Below, piece after piece: positions 1 through 10,600 of a stretch of DNA of 40,980 nt (position 1 is the stretch's first letter; the number at the start of each line of letters is the position of its first letter). The DNA comes from an uncultured Oscillospiraceae bacterium (GTDB lineage: Bacteria > Bacillota > Clostridia > Oscillospirales > Oscillospiraceae). The stretch lies in NCBI GenBank assembly GCA_947624035.1, contig CANQIH010000001.1, positions 1-40,980 on the forward strand, read 5' to 3'. A program made the position numbers and the translations under genes. Under the pieces are notes generated by a model that saw nothing but the letters and a program-made list of their open reading frames with translations, was not told the origin of the DNA and ran no database searches.

Positions 1-1291
1 GTCTTGGCGGAGATGGGGCACACGATGGTGTCGCCGCCCCACTCGTCGGGCACCAGGTCGTACTCGGTGAGCTCCTGTTTTACCCGGTCGGCGTTGGCGC
101 CGGGCATATCCATCTTGTTGATGGCCACCACAATGGGGATGTTGGCGGCCTTGGCGTGGTTGATGGACTCCACGGTCTGGGGCTTGATGCCCTCGGTGGC
201 GGCCACCACGAGGATGGCCACGTCCGTCACCATGGCGCCCCGGGCGCGCATGGAGGTGAACGCCTCATGGCCCGGCGTATCCAGGAAGGTGACGGGGCTG
301 CCGTTGATGTCCACCACGTACGCGCCGATGGCCTGGGTGATGCCGCCGGCCTCTCCGGCGGCCACCTTCGTGTTGCGGATATAGTCAAGCAGGGACGTCT
401 TGCCATGGTCCACGTGGCCCATGACCACCACCACGGGGGCCCTGGGCACCAGCTCCTCCTCGGTGTCCACATGGTCGTCGATGAGCTTCTCCTCCACCGT
501 GACGACCACCTCGTGCTCCACCTTGCAGTTGAACTCCATGGCCACCAGGGCGGCGGTGTCGTAGTCGATCACGTCGGGCAGGCTCGCCATCACGCCCATG
601 CGCACCAGCTTGCGGACCACCTCGGCGCCGCTCTTCTTCATGCGCACGGCCAGCTCCTGCACGGAGATCTCGTCGGGGATCTGGACCCGGGTGGGGGCCT
701 TCTTGGCGATCTCGAACTGGAGGCGCTGCATCTTGTCGCGCTCCTCCTGGCGGCGCTTGGCGCTGGCGGCGGCGGAGTTCTGGCGCTGCTTGTTGCGGTT
801 GCCGATCTTCTCCTTGCCCCGCTTCATCTTGTCGGCCTTGTCGCCGGCCATGCGGTCGAACCGCTCGTCGTACTTGGAGAGGTTGGTGTTGGCGGAGCCG
901 CGGGTATCCACCACCTTCTTCTCCGGCATCTGCTTGGGCACGTGGGGCTTCTCCGGCTTGGGCTGCTTGGGCTGGGCAGGCGTCTGGCTGGGCGCAGCGG
1001 CAGCAGGCGCGGCGGCCTTCTGGCCGTCCTTGGCCTTGGGCTGGGCCTGCTTGGCGGCGGGCTTCGCCTCCGCCTTCTGGGGCGCGGCCGTATCAGCGTA
1101 TACCTCCGCGATGCTCTCTATCTGGTTGTGCTGGGTCATATACTCGAAGATGATGCTCAGCTCCTCGTCCTCCAGGACCTGCATGTGGTTCTTGGGGGTC
1201 GTGGCGTACTGGGTCAATATCTCCGTAATGACCTTGGAGGTGACGCCAAAGTCCTTGGCCACCTCATGCACGCGGTATTTGATCAGGCTCA
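1..1291 (-). CDS. infB: Translation initiation factor IF-2, N-terminal region and start of the G domain (3' end lies beyond the left window edge)
   Basis: Hand translation from the ATG at 1291-1289 (GGAGGA upstream) gives [17 protein letters not shown]..., a Lys/Ala/Pro-rich linker, then [34 protein letters not shown]...LDTPGHEAF...AINKMD, the IF-2 GTPase motifs. It is missing from the ORF track only because no stop codon lies inside the window. Operon position after nusA-ylxR-ylxQ is conserved. Confidence 0.95.
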
Positions 1292-1620
1292 TACGTTCGC
1301 TCCTCCTGTTCCTGAGTCCTTGCTGCGGCCCGGGCGAAAGCCCCGGCCAAACCCTTATCACATATGACAGCCCCGGCCACGGGCTTGCTGCGCCCGATGG
1401 CGTGGGCTATATCGTTTCTTGTATAGGCGCTCTCCGCCATGGGTACGCGGCGGCGCTCCGCCAGCTCCCGCACCCGGCGGACAGTGCCCTCCGCGGCGTC
1501 CGACGCCGTCAGCACCAGCCAGTCGCGGGACGGCTTTTGGCATGACGCCCACTCCTCGGCGCCCACCAGCAGCTTTCCCGCCTTGGCGGCCAGCGCCAGA
1601 TAGCGCAGTGCCTTATCCAT
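1264..1620 (-). CDS. ylxQ: L7Ae/YlxQ-family putative RNA-binding protein
   Basis: 118-aa [26 protein letters not shown]... of about the expected size, lying between ylxR and infB as in Bacillus. Its start overlaps the ylxR stop by 8 nt and its 3' end overlaps the infB start. Confidence 0.7.
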   Translation of the reverse strand: MDKALRYLALAAKAGKLLVGAEEWASCQKPSRDWLVLTASDAAEGTVRRVRELAERRRVPMAESAYTRNDIAHAIGRSKPVAGAVICDKGLAGAFARAAARTQEQEERTYEPDQIPRA

Positions 1621-1876
1621 GCTCCTCCGTGACGGCAGCCTCCAGCGCGTCGTAGGTCTCCGGGCTGATGGAGGCCGCCAGCATCCGCTCCAGGGCCCGG
1701 TTCTTCCGGGCCTTCTGCAGGCATTCGGCCTTGCGGCAGATGTAGGCGCCGCGGCCCGGGGTCTTGCCCTTGGCGTCCGCCACGATCTGGCCGTCCGGTG
1801 TGCGCACGATGCGGATCAGTTCTTTTTTGGGCGCGTGTGCGCGGCATCCCACGCACATCCGCACGGGGTCGGCCAT
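1613..1876 (-). CDS. ylxR: YlxR/DUF448 (RnpM-like) RNA-binding protein
   Basis: 87-aa ORF with MCVGCR..KKELIRIV....GRGAYIC, the YlxR family signature. It starts 2 nt after the nusA stop. Confidence 0.85.
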   Translation of the reverse strand: MADPVRMCVGCRAHAPKKELIRIVRTPDGQIVADAKGKTPGRGAYICRKAECLQKARKNRALERMLAASISPETYDALEAAVTEEHG

Positions 1877-1878
1877 GG

Positions 1879-2931
1879 TCAGTCCTCGCTTTCGGGCTTG
1901 ATGTCGATCTTGATGCCGGTGAGCTTGGCGGCCAGGCGGGCGTTCTGGCCCTCCTTGCCGATGGCGAGAGACAGCTGGTTGTCGGGCACGATCACCCGGC
2001 AGGCCTTGCCCTCCTCGTCCATGTATACCTTGATGACGTCCGCCGGGGACAGGGCTGCGGCCACGTATTCCTCGGGGGTCTGGCTGTACTTGATGATGTC
2101 GATCTTCTCGCCGCAGAGTTCATCCACGATGCTGGCTACACGGCCGCCCCTGGGGCCCACGCAGGCGCCGATGGGGTCCACGTCCGGCGCGGTGCTCCAC
2201 ACGGCCATCTTGGTCCGGGAGCCGGCCTCACGGGCGATGCTCATGATCTCCACGGTGCCGTCGGCGATTTCGGGCACCTCCAGCTCAAACAGGCGCTTCA
2301 CGAGGCCGGGATGGGTCCGGCTGATGAGCACCTGGGGCCCGCGGGTGGACTTGCGGACCTCGATGACGTACACCTTCAGCCGCTTGCCCTCGGTCAGGAC
2401 CTCGTCCTTGATCTGCTCGTTGACGGACAGCAGCGCGTCGGTATACTCGGAGTTAGAGCTGATCTTCATGGAGACACTGCCGGTGCGCGGGTCGATGCGG
2501 GCCACCTCGCCGGTGAGGATCTCGTGCTCGTGGCTCGTGAACTCGTCATAGATGAGGCCGCGCTCGGCCTCGCGGATGCCCTGGATGATGACCTGCTTCG
2601 CGGCCTGGGCGGCGATACGGCCAAACTCCTTTGTGTTCACGGGGACCTTGATCTGGCCGCCCACCTTGGCGCGCTTGTTGATCTTGTGGGCCTGCTCCAG
2701 GGTCATCTGGACGGCGGGGTCCTCCACCTCGTCCACCACGTCGGTGACGATGTACATCTCCACCTTCTTCTTGTCCTCGTCCATCTCCACCACCACGTTG
2801 TCGGCGGCGTCGGGATTGTCCTTGCGGAAGGCGGCCAGCATAGCCTGGTTGATCTTGTCGTACATATATTCACGAGGGATGCCCTTTTCCTTTTCCAGGT
2901 CCTCGATAGCAGCGAAAAATTCGGCGTTCAT
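1879..2931 (-). CDS. nusA: Transcription termination/antitermination factor NusA
   Basis: 350 aa. N-terminal domain MNAEFFAAIEDLEKEKGI, an S1-like segment GEVARIDPRTGSVSMKI, and KH motifs GACVGPRGGRVASIVDEL.GEKIDII and LSLAIGKEGQNARLAAKLTGIKIDI. Confidence 0.95.
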   Translation of the reverse strand: MNAEFFAAIEDLEKEKGIPREYMYDKINQAMLAAFRKDNPDAADNVVVEMDEDKKKVEMYIVTDVVDEVEDPAVQMTLEQAHKINKRAKVGGQIKVPVNTKEFGRIAAQAAKQVIIQGIREAERGLIYDEFTSHEHEILTGEVARIDPRTGSVSMKISSNSEYTDALLSVNEQIKDEVLTEGKRLKVYVIEVRKSTRGPQVLISRTHPGLVKRLFELEVPEIADGTVEIMSIAREAGSRTKMAVWSTAPDVDPIGACVGPRGGRVASIVDELCGEKIDIIKYSQTPEEYVAAALSPADVIKVYMDEEGKACRVIVPDNQLSLAIGKEGQNARLAAKLTGIKIDIKPESED

Positions 2932-2947
2932 TTCTCTTCTCCTTTGA

Positions 2948-3400
2948 TCACATTTCCATGTGCAGCCGCACGCTGGCGATCTGCTTTTTGGCGAACCGGC
3001 GCTCGCCTCCGGCCTCGATGGTCACGTCGCCGTCCTCGTAGGCCGTGAGCTTTCCGATCCACTGGCGGGCCCCATCCACGGCGCTGTAGAGCTTCACCTC
3101 CACAGCCTCGCCCATGAAGCGCTCGAAATCCGAGGGCCGCTTCAGCGCCCGCTCACATCCGGCGGAGCTCACCTCAAAGATGTAGCTGTCCGGCACGGGG
3201 TCCTTCTCGTCCAGGATGGGGTCCATGGCCCGGGAGACAGTCTCGCAGTCGTCCAGGGTCACGCCCTCAGGGCTGTCCAGATAGAGGCGCAGATACTTCT
3301 GCCCCGCCTCCGTGACATATTCCACATCCCAGAGCTCGAATCCGGCGCCGTTCACCACCGGCAAAGCCAGGTCCCACACGGTCTTTTCTACACGGTTCAT
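2948..3400 (-). CDS. rimP: Ribosome maturation factor RimP
   Basis: The track ORF (2948..3424) begins with a TTG that has no RBS. The ATG at 3400 gives MNRVEKTVWDLALPVVNGAGFELWDVEY...YLRLYLD...FEVSSAGCERALK, which aligns with Bacillus RimP. Start choice is an inference. Confidence 0.88.
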   Translation of the reverse strand: MNRVEKTVWDLALPVVNGAGFELWDVEYVTEAGQKYLRLYLDSPEGVTLDDCETVSRAMDPILDEKDPVPDSYIFEVSSAGCERALKRPSDFERFMGEAVEVKLYSAVDGARQWIGKLTAYEDGDVTIEAGGERRFAKKQIASVRLHMEM

Positions 3401-3437
3401 CTTTTGATTTCCAATTTCTGACAATTTCTTTTAAATC

Positions 3438-3466
3438 AAGAAAAAGAGTGGGATGTGTCCCACTCC
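3438..3466 (-). terminator. Intrinsic terminator or attenuator in the rimP-nusA-infB leader
   Basis: Minus-strand reading is GGAGTGGGA-CACA-TCCCACTC followed by TTTTTCTTG. It lies between the predicted promoter (3490-3518) and the rimP start. Confidence 0.5.
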
Positions 3467-3489
3467 AGGAAACGGTCTGCGCTAGGGTG

Positions 3490-3518
3490 ACTATACCATA
3501 TCTTGTAGCGCAAATCAA
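3490..3518 (-). promoter_or_regulatory. Sigma-A type promoter for the rimP operon
   Basis: Minus strand reads TTGATT, a 17-nt spacer, then TATAGT with TG immediately upstream (extended -10). Confidence 0.5.
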
Positions 3519-3574
3519 GCCCTTTTTCATATTTTCACTTATAATATATGTAGTCCTATGGAGAACATGCTTAT

Positions 3575-4264
3575 CTACTTGTCCTCCATATAACAGCGCA
3601 GCTTTTCCAGGGCTTTTTTCTCTATGCGCGATACATAGGACCGGGATATGTGCAGCATATCGGCCACCTCCCGCTGGGGCATGGGCGCCCGGCCGTCCAG
3701 GCCGTAGCGGCTTCGGATGACCGTGGCCTCCCGGCCGTCCAGGGCCATGTCCACCGCCCGGCGCACCCGGACCACTGACTCCCGGCGGGCCAGCTCCTCC
3801 AGCATGTCCTGGTCCGCGGCGATGGTGTCCAGCAGGGCAAGGCCGTCCCCCTCCCCGTCGCCGTCCAGTGCGTCGGAGAGGGACACGTCCCCCGCCGACT
3901 TCTTCTGCCCGCGGAAGTGCATGAGTATCTCGTTTTCTATGCACTTGGAGGCGTAGGTGGCCAGGCGGACGCCTCGGTCCGGCCGGTAGGTGGACACGCC
4001 CTTGATGAGCCCGATGGTGCCAATGGACACCAGGTCCTCCGCGTCAGCGCCGGTGGTGTAGTATTTCTTGATGATGTGCATCACCAGCCGCAGGTTGTGT
4101 TCGATGAGCGTGTTGCGCGCCTCGATATCCCCCTCCATGGCCCGCTGGATGCACGCCTGTTCCTCCTGGGGCCGCAGGGGCCTGGGGAAGGTGGAGGCGT
4201 TGTCCCCCAGCCGCAGCATCATGAGCGCGCTGCTCACCAGCAGCATGAACGTGGCAGAAAGCAT
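3575..4264 (-). CDS. sigK: Sporulation sigma factor K precursor (pro-sigma-K), uninterrupted
   Basis: 229 aa. A hydrophobic pro-sequence ends ...NASTFPRPL (Bacillus pro-sigma-K has NNAFPQPL), followed by NTLIEHNLRLVMHIIKKY, DLVSIGTIGLIKG, ATYASKCIENEILMHFR and ISRSYVSRIEKKAL. RBS is GAGGGGTGA. Confidence 0.85.
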   Translation of the reverse strand: MLSATFMLLVSSALMMLRLGDNASTFPRPLRPQEEQACIQRAMEGDIEARNTLIEHNLRLVMHIIKKYYTTGADAEDLVSIGTIGLIKGVSTYRPDRGVRLATYASKCIENEILMHFRGQKKSAGDVSLSDALDGDGEGDGLALLDTIAADQDMLEELARRESVVRVRRAVDMALDGREATVIRSRYGLDGRAPMPQREVADMLHISRSYVSRIEKKALEKLRCYMEDK

Positions 4265-4341
4265 ATGAGCATCACCCCTCTTTCATGCTATGCTGCTTCA
4301 GTTTGTCCTGATTCGACAAAATGAGAGGACGCGCTCTATAG

Positions 4342-4382
4342 AAACAAAAGACCCATCCGGCTCCAAGGAGCACGGATGGGTC
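4342..4382 (-). terminator. Intrinsic terminator after the CBS gene
   Basis: Minus strand: GACCCATCCG, a 13-nt loop, CGGATGGGTC, then TTTTGTTT. Confidence 0.6.
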
Positions 4383-4402
4383 AGCTATGTTGTTGATGCG
4401 TC

Positions 4403-4810
4403 TCAGAGGGTGATGTCGCGGCCCGTCATATAGGCGATGAGGCGGCGGCGTGTGATGATGCCGCACAGGGCGTTGCGGCCGTCCACCACCGGGACGAAGT
4501 TCTGGGCCAGCACCGCGTCGATGACCGCCTTCTCCTCCGCGTCCATGTTGATGGACGGACAGAACTGCACACGGAGGATGTCCTTGATGCGGAACGACTC
4601 CAGCTCGTGGGGCTCCCGGGCCCCGGTCTTCAGGATGTGGCGCAGGAAGTCGCCCTCGGCGATGCTGCCCACGTAGCGGTCATTTTCATCCAGCACGGGC
4701 ACCGCCGTGAAGCCGTGCCGGGCGAAGCTCTCCATCCCCTGTCTCACCGTGTCGTCCTCATGGAGGAACACCGTGAAGGACTTGGGTATCATGATCTTGG
4801 CAATATTCAT
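4403..4810 (-). CDS. CBS-pair domain protein
   Basis: MNIAKIMIPKSFTVFLHEDDTV...AVPVLDENDRYVGSIAEGDF...FVPVVDGRNALCGIITRRRL matches two CBS motifs. Start moved to the ATG at 4810, which has AGGAG upstream; the track start at 4864 has no RBS. Confidence 0.8.
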   Translation of the reverse strand: MNIAKIMIPKSFTVFLHEDDTVRQGMESFARHGFTAVPVLDENDRYVGSIAEGDFLRHILKTGAREPHELESFRIKDILRVQFCPSINMDAEEKAVIDAVLAQNFVPVVDGRNALCGIITRRRLIAYMTGRDITL

Positions 4811-5061
4811 GGTCGACTCCTGTAACTGTGGCGGTTTGCCTGTTTCCACGGTACAGATTACCATGGAAATGTGAACAGACTATGAGCAAACGGCATCTTT
4901 TTTGTAACGATGCTGACACAAAACGTCTATAGCTGTCTTGCCGGATGATACCATACCGGCGGCGGAACCGCAACCAAGCCGCCTTGTGTTTTGTGTACGC
5001 CCATGGTATACTTTCCCCGCCTGGCGCCGCGGCGCCAGAACAACGGAAAGGGGGTGCCGGG

Positions 5062-7548
5062 ATGCTGTCAGAAGCACTGCGCGTCCGCGCCCGTGAGCTC
5101 TGGCGAAAACAAAAGGACGCATTGGGTCCCCTGGGGCCGGCGCTGGACGCTGAGATATCCTCCGTGCCGGGGGACGAGGGCGCTCTGCTGGCATTGGCCT
5201 ACGGCACCCTGCCCATATCGGACGCAGCCACGGTATCCGTCCCGGTCATCCACAGCTTCGTCCGTCACGCCCTGTTTCTGCGGGAGCACAGCCCCTTCTG
5301 CCGGGGTATCCCGGAGGACATGTTCCTGCACTTCGTCTGGTATCCCCGGGTCAATTCCGAGGACATCACCGATTGCCGCCCCTTCTTCTATGAGCATCTT
5401 GCCACCTTAACGGACGGACTGGACAGCGAGGACGCCGTGCTGGCTATCAACCGCTGGTGTGCCGAACACATGACCTATGAGCTCACGGACGGGCGGACCG
5501 AGAACCCCCTGACCGCCTACCGGTCCGGCACGGGCCGCTGCGGAGAGGAATCCGTGTTTCTGGTGACGGCCCTGCGCAGCGTGGGCATCCCGGCCAGGCA
5601 GGTGTACGTCCCCTGGTGGGCCCACTGCGACGACAACCACGCCTGGGTGGAGGCCTGGACCGGCGGGCGCTGGCGGTATCTGGGCGCCTGCGAGCCGGAA
5701 CCTGTGTTGGACCGGGGATGGTTCTGCGACGCCGCCGCCCGGGCGCCCCTGGTCCACTACCGTACCTTTTTCGACTGCCGCGAGGGGGACCAGCTGACGG
5801 AGCGCATGGGCTCCGTGCGGCTCTATAACGTGACAGGCCGGTACGCGGACACGTCCCGCCTGACGGTTTGTGTCACCGGCCCGGACGGCAGGACCGCCCC
5901 CGGCGCCATGGTGGAAATAGACGTTGTAAATATGACCGCTTTCCGCCCCATTTTGCGAAGCCGCACTGACAGCGAAGGCTGTTTCACGGTGGACCTGGGC
6001 CGGTCCGGCCTGCATGTCGAGGTGTTCTATGGTGAACTCACCGCGTCCGCAGACGTCCAGCTTGCCAGTGACACGGAAGTCACCCTGACCCTGGCCCCGC
6101 CCCGGGCGGATACCTTCATCTGTGAGCTTGCGCCTCCCGCGCCCTCCGCCCGGAACAGGACTTCCCTATCTCCTGCACAGCAGGAGGAAAACGCGGCAAT
6201 CTTGGCCGCCTGCGCCGCGGCCAGGATGGCGCGGGCTGAAACATGGCGCCGGCCGGAATACGACACTGCGGAGGGACCTTGGCCAAAGCTGTTCGCGCTG
6301 GCGGCGGGCAACGCGCCCGAGCTGTACCGGTTCTGCCTGGCCCATGAGGGCCGGGAGCGCTCCCTGGCCGCGCAGATGCTCCTGGCCATGGCGGAAAAGG
6401 ACTGCCGGGACGTGACCTTTGAGGTATTGGAGGGCCATTTTCAAGCCGCCCTCCCCTACGCCGCGTCGGAGCACTTCGTGGAGGAGATATTGGACCCACG
6501 CATCGGCTACGAGGTGCTGGAAAACTGGCGGCATGCCATCCTGGCCGCACTGCCGGAGCAAGACCGGCGGCGCTTCGCCGCCTGCCCGGAGACGCTGATG
6601 GCACGGCTGGCGGCGCTTCCCGAGCCGGAGGGGAACTATTATCCCACCCTCGCCATGACCCCCTCCGCCGTCCTGGCCGCCGGCCGCGCCGATGAAAGGG
6701 CCCGCCGGGCCCTATTCGTGGCGGTCATGCGGACCCTGGGCGTACCGGCCCGGCTGGACCCGGCGGACGGGGCGGCGGAATACTGGCGGGACGGGCGGTA
6801 TCACCGGGCAGACGACGCATCTGCGGATAGCTGCACGGTCAGGCTTCTCCCCCAGGCGGACGAGCGGTCCGTCTATGGGACCGACTGGACGCTCTCACGC
6901 CGGGAGGATGACGGCTGGACCGTCCTGGAGGACGGCGGCTGGACCGCCCCCTTCCGGCTGTCTCTCCGGCCCGGCCTGTACCGTCTGGTCACGGCCCACC
7001 GCCTGCCAAACGGGCGGCAGCTCTGCTGTGTCACCGGCTTTATGCTGGAGCGGGGCTGGACCGCGGCGCTGCCTCTGGTGCTGGAGAGCGCCGCCCCGGA
7101 GGACATGCTCAGCCGCATCCCCCTGGAGCCGGTGCGCCTGCGTGCTGAAAACGGCAGCGCGGTCTCCACCGGCAGTCTTTTCTCCGGCCCCGGCGTCATG
7201 ATGTGGCTCCGGCCCGGCACGGAGCCCACCGCCCACGTGCTGGGCGAGCTAATGGACGCCGCGCCCGCCCTGGCGGAACAGGGTCTCGGTCTCGCGGCGG
7301 TATTCCTCAACAGATCAGACACGGAGGACGCGGCGGTGCGACGGATGCTGGCGGCACTGCCCGGCACGGCCGTGCTCTTCGACGAGTCAGGCCGCGCCGG
7401 GGAGCACATGGCCCGGGAGCTCTTCCTGGAGCCAGGCGTGTGGCCGTTGCTGGCACTTGTGGACGGCGCCCACACAGGCCGCTTCGGATGCGCCGGATAT
7501 CAGGCAGGCGCGGTGGAGCTCATATCGCGGCTGGCCACATGCCTGTAA
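5062..7548 (+). CDS. Cytoplasmic transglutaminase-like (Cys-His-Asp core) multidomain protein
   Basis: TGRCGEESVFLVTALRSVGIPARQVYVPWWAHCDDNHAWVEAW matches the transglutaminase core (Cys...His...Asp). No signal peptide. Start placed at the ATG at 5062 (MLSEALRV), after a G-rich RBS-like tract. Confidence 0.8.
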   Translation: MLSEALRVRARELWRKQKDALGPLGPALDAEISSVPGDEGALLALAYGTLPISDAATVSVPVIHSFVRHALFLREHSPFCRGIPEDMFLHFVWYPRVNSEDITDCRPFFYEHLATLTDGLDSEDAVLAINRWCAEHMTYELTDGRTENPLTAYRSGTGRCGEESVFLVTALRSVGIPARQVYVPWWAHCDDNHAWVEAWTGGRWRYLGACEPEPVLDRGWFCDAAARAPLVHYRTFFDCREGDQLTERMGSVRLYNVTGRYADTSRLTVCVTGPDGRTAPGAMVEIDVVNMTAFRPILRSRTDSEGCFTVDLGRSGLHVEVFYGELTASADVQLASDTEVTLTLAPPRADTFICELAPPAPSARNRTSLSPAQQEENAAILAACAAARMARAETWRRPEYDTAEGPWPKLFALAAGNAPELYRFCLAHEGRERSLAAQMLLAMAEKDCRDVTFEVLEGHFQAALPYAASEHFVEEILDPRIGYEVLENWRHAILAALPEQDRRRFAACPETLMARLAALPEPEGNYYPTLAMTPSAVLAAGRADERARRALFVAVMRTLGVPARLDPADGAAEYWRDGRYHRADDASADSCTVRLLPQADERSVYGTDWTLSRREDDGWTVLEDGGWTAPFRLSLRPGLYRLVTAHRLPNGRQLCCVTGFMLERGWTAALPLVLESAAPEDMLSRIPLEPVRLRAENGSAVSTGSLFSGPGVMMWLRPGTEPTAHVLGELMDAAPALAEQGLGLAAVFLNRSDTEDAAVRRMLAALPGTAVLFDESGRAGEHMARELFLEPGVWPLLALVDGAHTGRFGCAGYQAGAVELISRLATCL

Positions 7549-7554
7549 GACAGT

Positions 7555-7600
7555 TTTAAAAGCGAGGACAGGACCCTAACGGGCCCTGTCCTCGCTTTAT
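7555..7600. terminator. Bidirectional terminator between convergent genes
   Basis: AGCGAGGACAGGACCC-TAAC-GGGCCCTGTCCTCGCT forms 16 bp with 1 mismatch. It is flanked by TTTTAAA on one side and TTTAT on the other. Confidence 0.65.
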
Positions 7601-7616
7601 GTACAAAACATCTCTC

Positions 7617-10600
7617 TTATAGCATCCCCTGGGCCGTACTGATCAGCGTGGAGATGGAGTCCGCGTCCGCCACACCGGATCCAAGCAGGGTGATGGCGCT
7701 GTTTACCACCGCTGCCGCGTCAGGATTTTCCGTGTCCAGGATGGTCTTGGCCTGCTGGAGCAGTACCAGCACGCTGTCCGTGTTGGCGTCAAAGTCCGCC
7801 TCCACCAGAGCAGCAGCGGAGGTGAGCAGTCCCGCGGCGGCGCTCTGCCCCTGGCCCTCACCGGCAGGGGCCTCCGTCTCATCCCCAACGCTGGTCTCCG
7901 GCGCGGGGGAGGTCTCCTGCTCAGGGGTGGGCTCCGGCGTGGGAGCTGCCGCCTGCTCCGGGGTGGTCTCAGGCGCCGCCTCAGGCTCTGCCTGCGATTC
8001 GCTCTCAGGAGCGGACGCCTCGGGCTCCTCGCCCTCCGGCAGTTCGATCGCTCCCACGGCGACGGCCTCCTCTACGGACGCGCCGTCCACTGCATAGAGC
8101 TTGTTGGCCCCGTCGCGCATCTGCGCCACGACGAATCGACAGTCATCGGACACACCCACATCGTAGGTACCTTCCAGCAACACATTCCCGTGCCAATCCA
8201 GCAGCGAAACACCGTCGCCGTCATGTGTCTTAAAGAGCTTTCCGTTCCCCTGAGCGTACAGGGTCTCGAAGCCCTTGGTCTCCGTCCCGTCAGCCGCCAC
8301 CAGTGTATAGGTCCCGTCAGCCTCCTTGTATATTCCTGCCATGCCGTAGTTGGAGAAATCATCGCTGGGATATCTCAGTTCGCAGGTCACCTGGCCCTGG
8401 CCGTTCACATAGCCGGTCATACCGCCTTTCTCCACGGCAAAGTAACCGTTGGCCCAAACGTGGTGTTCATTGGAGATGAAACGGATCAGCACGTCGTCAT
8501 ATTCCAAGGGAACGACGACATTGCCGTTCACATCCATGACGCCATTAAGCATTGTGTCGCCATCATAGATCCGCGTGTACCCGTCCGGGAATTCATCATC
8601 AAAGATGGTGTAGCCCGTGCTGTCCTTCAGACTCTCTCTCAGGACGTACATGGAGGAATAGGCGCTAAAGTCAGACAAGTTGCGGACTGTCCCCACGGCA
8701 GTGAACGTCCCATCATAGGTAGTGACCGTGCCCGTGGTGCGGTCCCTGATGTTCAGGTAATCCCCTTCCGCAGCCGCATCATCGAACTGGTCCCGGGTGA
8801 GCTTTACCGACGTGAGTTCCGCCCCGTCGATGTGGTAGATCACAGCCTCATCGATATAATAGTAGACCAAATCCCGAATGCTGCTGTCATAGCCAGAGAA
8901 ATCGTAATCGTCCTCCGTGGCCGTATTCTGAAACCTATAGGCGACGATCCAGTTCTCATCCAGCACTGTGATCTTATCGTATTCGCATGGAATGATCTCC
9001 AGGCCCCGCTGCGAGACAACGCCGCATTTCTCCTGGCCACCCACTTCGCGATTGGCGATCAGCCAGCCTTCATCGCAGGAAAAGTAATGCAGATACACCG
9101 GCTCAGTCAGCTGCTGGCCGCTCACGTCGATGAGGGCGTAGTTGTGACCGTCATTGGTCCCAAGGAGGAGGTCGGTGCCCGATACGAACTCCCTGCCCAC
9201 TGTATCGCCGATCAGCTCCAGCTGCGGATCGCCGGTATAGGCATCCAGGGACGCTGCCTCCAAAGAAGCAGCCTCCACCTCCACGGCGCCGCCCACACTG
9301 CCGGCCAGCGCCACCGGCGACGCGCCGTTGACCAGGTAGAGCGTGGAGGATGTATAGCCGTCCTGGGCGATCAGGTAGTTGCCGTTGGCGGACAGGGAGT
9401 AACCGTCGCTGCCGGACAGGAGCACATTGCCGTGCCAATCCAGCAGGTCGTAGCTGGAATCCGATCTGCCGACCCAGAACATACCTTTGGACCCGCTTAT
9501 AGAAGACAAGTACCCATACGTGGTGCCCAGGGACTTCTCTACGCCGTCGCCGGACAGGATAGTGTACGACCCGTCCTCCCCCTTGTACTGGGCGGACATG
9601 CCATAACAGTAGACATCGGACGACGAATGGGCGAAGGCGGCTGTCACCGTGCCGCCGGCCGTGATGTAGACGAACTGGCCGTCCTTCTCCCCAGAGAAAT
9701 AGCCGCCGTTTTCATACGCAAAATCATCCATGTCGTAGTCGATCCTGTCGAACTCCGCCGGAACGATGATATTGCCATAGCGGTCCATCACGCCGTATTT
9801 ACTGGTATTCCAGTCGTAGAACTCAGCATAATTCCCGCGGAAACTATATACGCCATATCCCGTGCTGTCGGACAGCAGTTCCGAGAGCACGTCGCTCTCC
9901 TCGTAGTCGCCGAAGTCCGACATATACTCTGCGGTCCGGAGCGGTGTGAACGACGGGTCATAGGTGGTGATGACGCCGGAGCGGTCCTGGATGTTCAGGT
10001 AGTCACCGGAGGCTCGTGTGTCCCCATAGGCGTCCCGGGTGAGCGTACTCACGAGGGCAGAGTTCTCACCGTCCAGATAGTAGACGTCCGCGCTGGCGAT
10101 CTGGAAGTGGTCGCCGTCCCAGTTGTAATAGTCGTAGTCCTCTTCTGTCCCCTCCGTGAGCGTGATACCGACCGCCCACTTCTCGCTGATGACCTGAAGC
10201 TCGTTATACTGGAACGGGATGAGGATATCTCCGTTGTCCGCCAGCAGGCCGGTGCCGCTCCCGTCCGCCATCCAGGTCTGGATGTTGCCGTATTTGCCGT
10301 CAAAGCTTCTGCCGTACACCGGCTCGGTCAGCAGGTTTCCGTTCAGGTCCATCAGCGCGTACAGGCCGCTGACGTCCTGATAGGCGATGTCGTTGGTCCC
10401 GCCGATGAAGCCAGTGACCTTGACGCTGCCGGACTTCTCCAGAGTCACGTCACCTGTGAACACGTCGATGGGCTCGGCGGGGTGGTCGCCCAGCGCCACC
10501 CTGTTGGTGGCGGTGATGACTGCGTCCGCGCCCAGAACGTTGTCCTCCGTGGACAGCAGGATGCTGTTGACGTCCAGGCCCGTGTCGTCGTCCAGGGTGG

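Noticed and set aside
156-3048. Plus-strand ORFs 156..1367, 598..1545, 1619..2551 and 1798..3048
   Set aside because: They mirror infB, ylxQ, ylxR and nusA. Composition is biased and no domains are visible.
3575-4264. Possible skin-like intervening element in sigK
   Set aside because: The ORF is continuous from the pro-sequence to region 4.2 (ISRSYVSRIEKKAL), so the gene is intact in this window.
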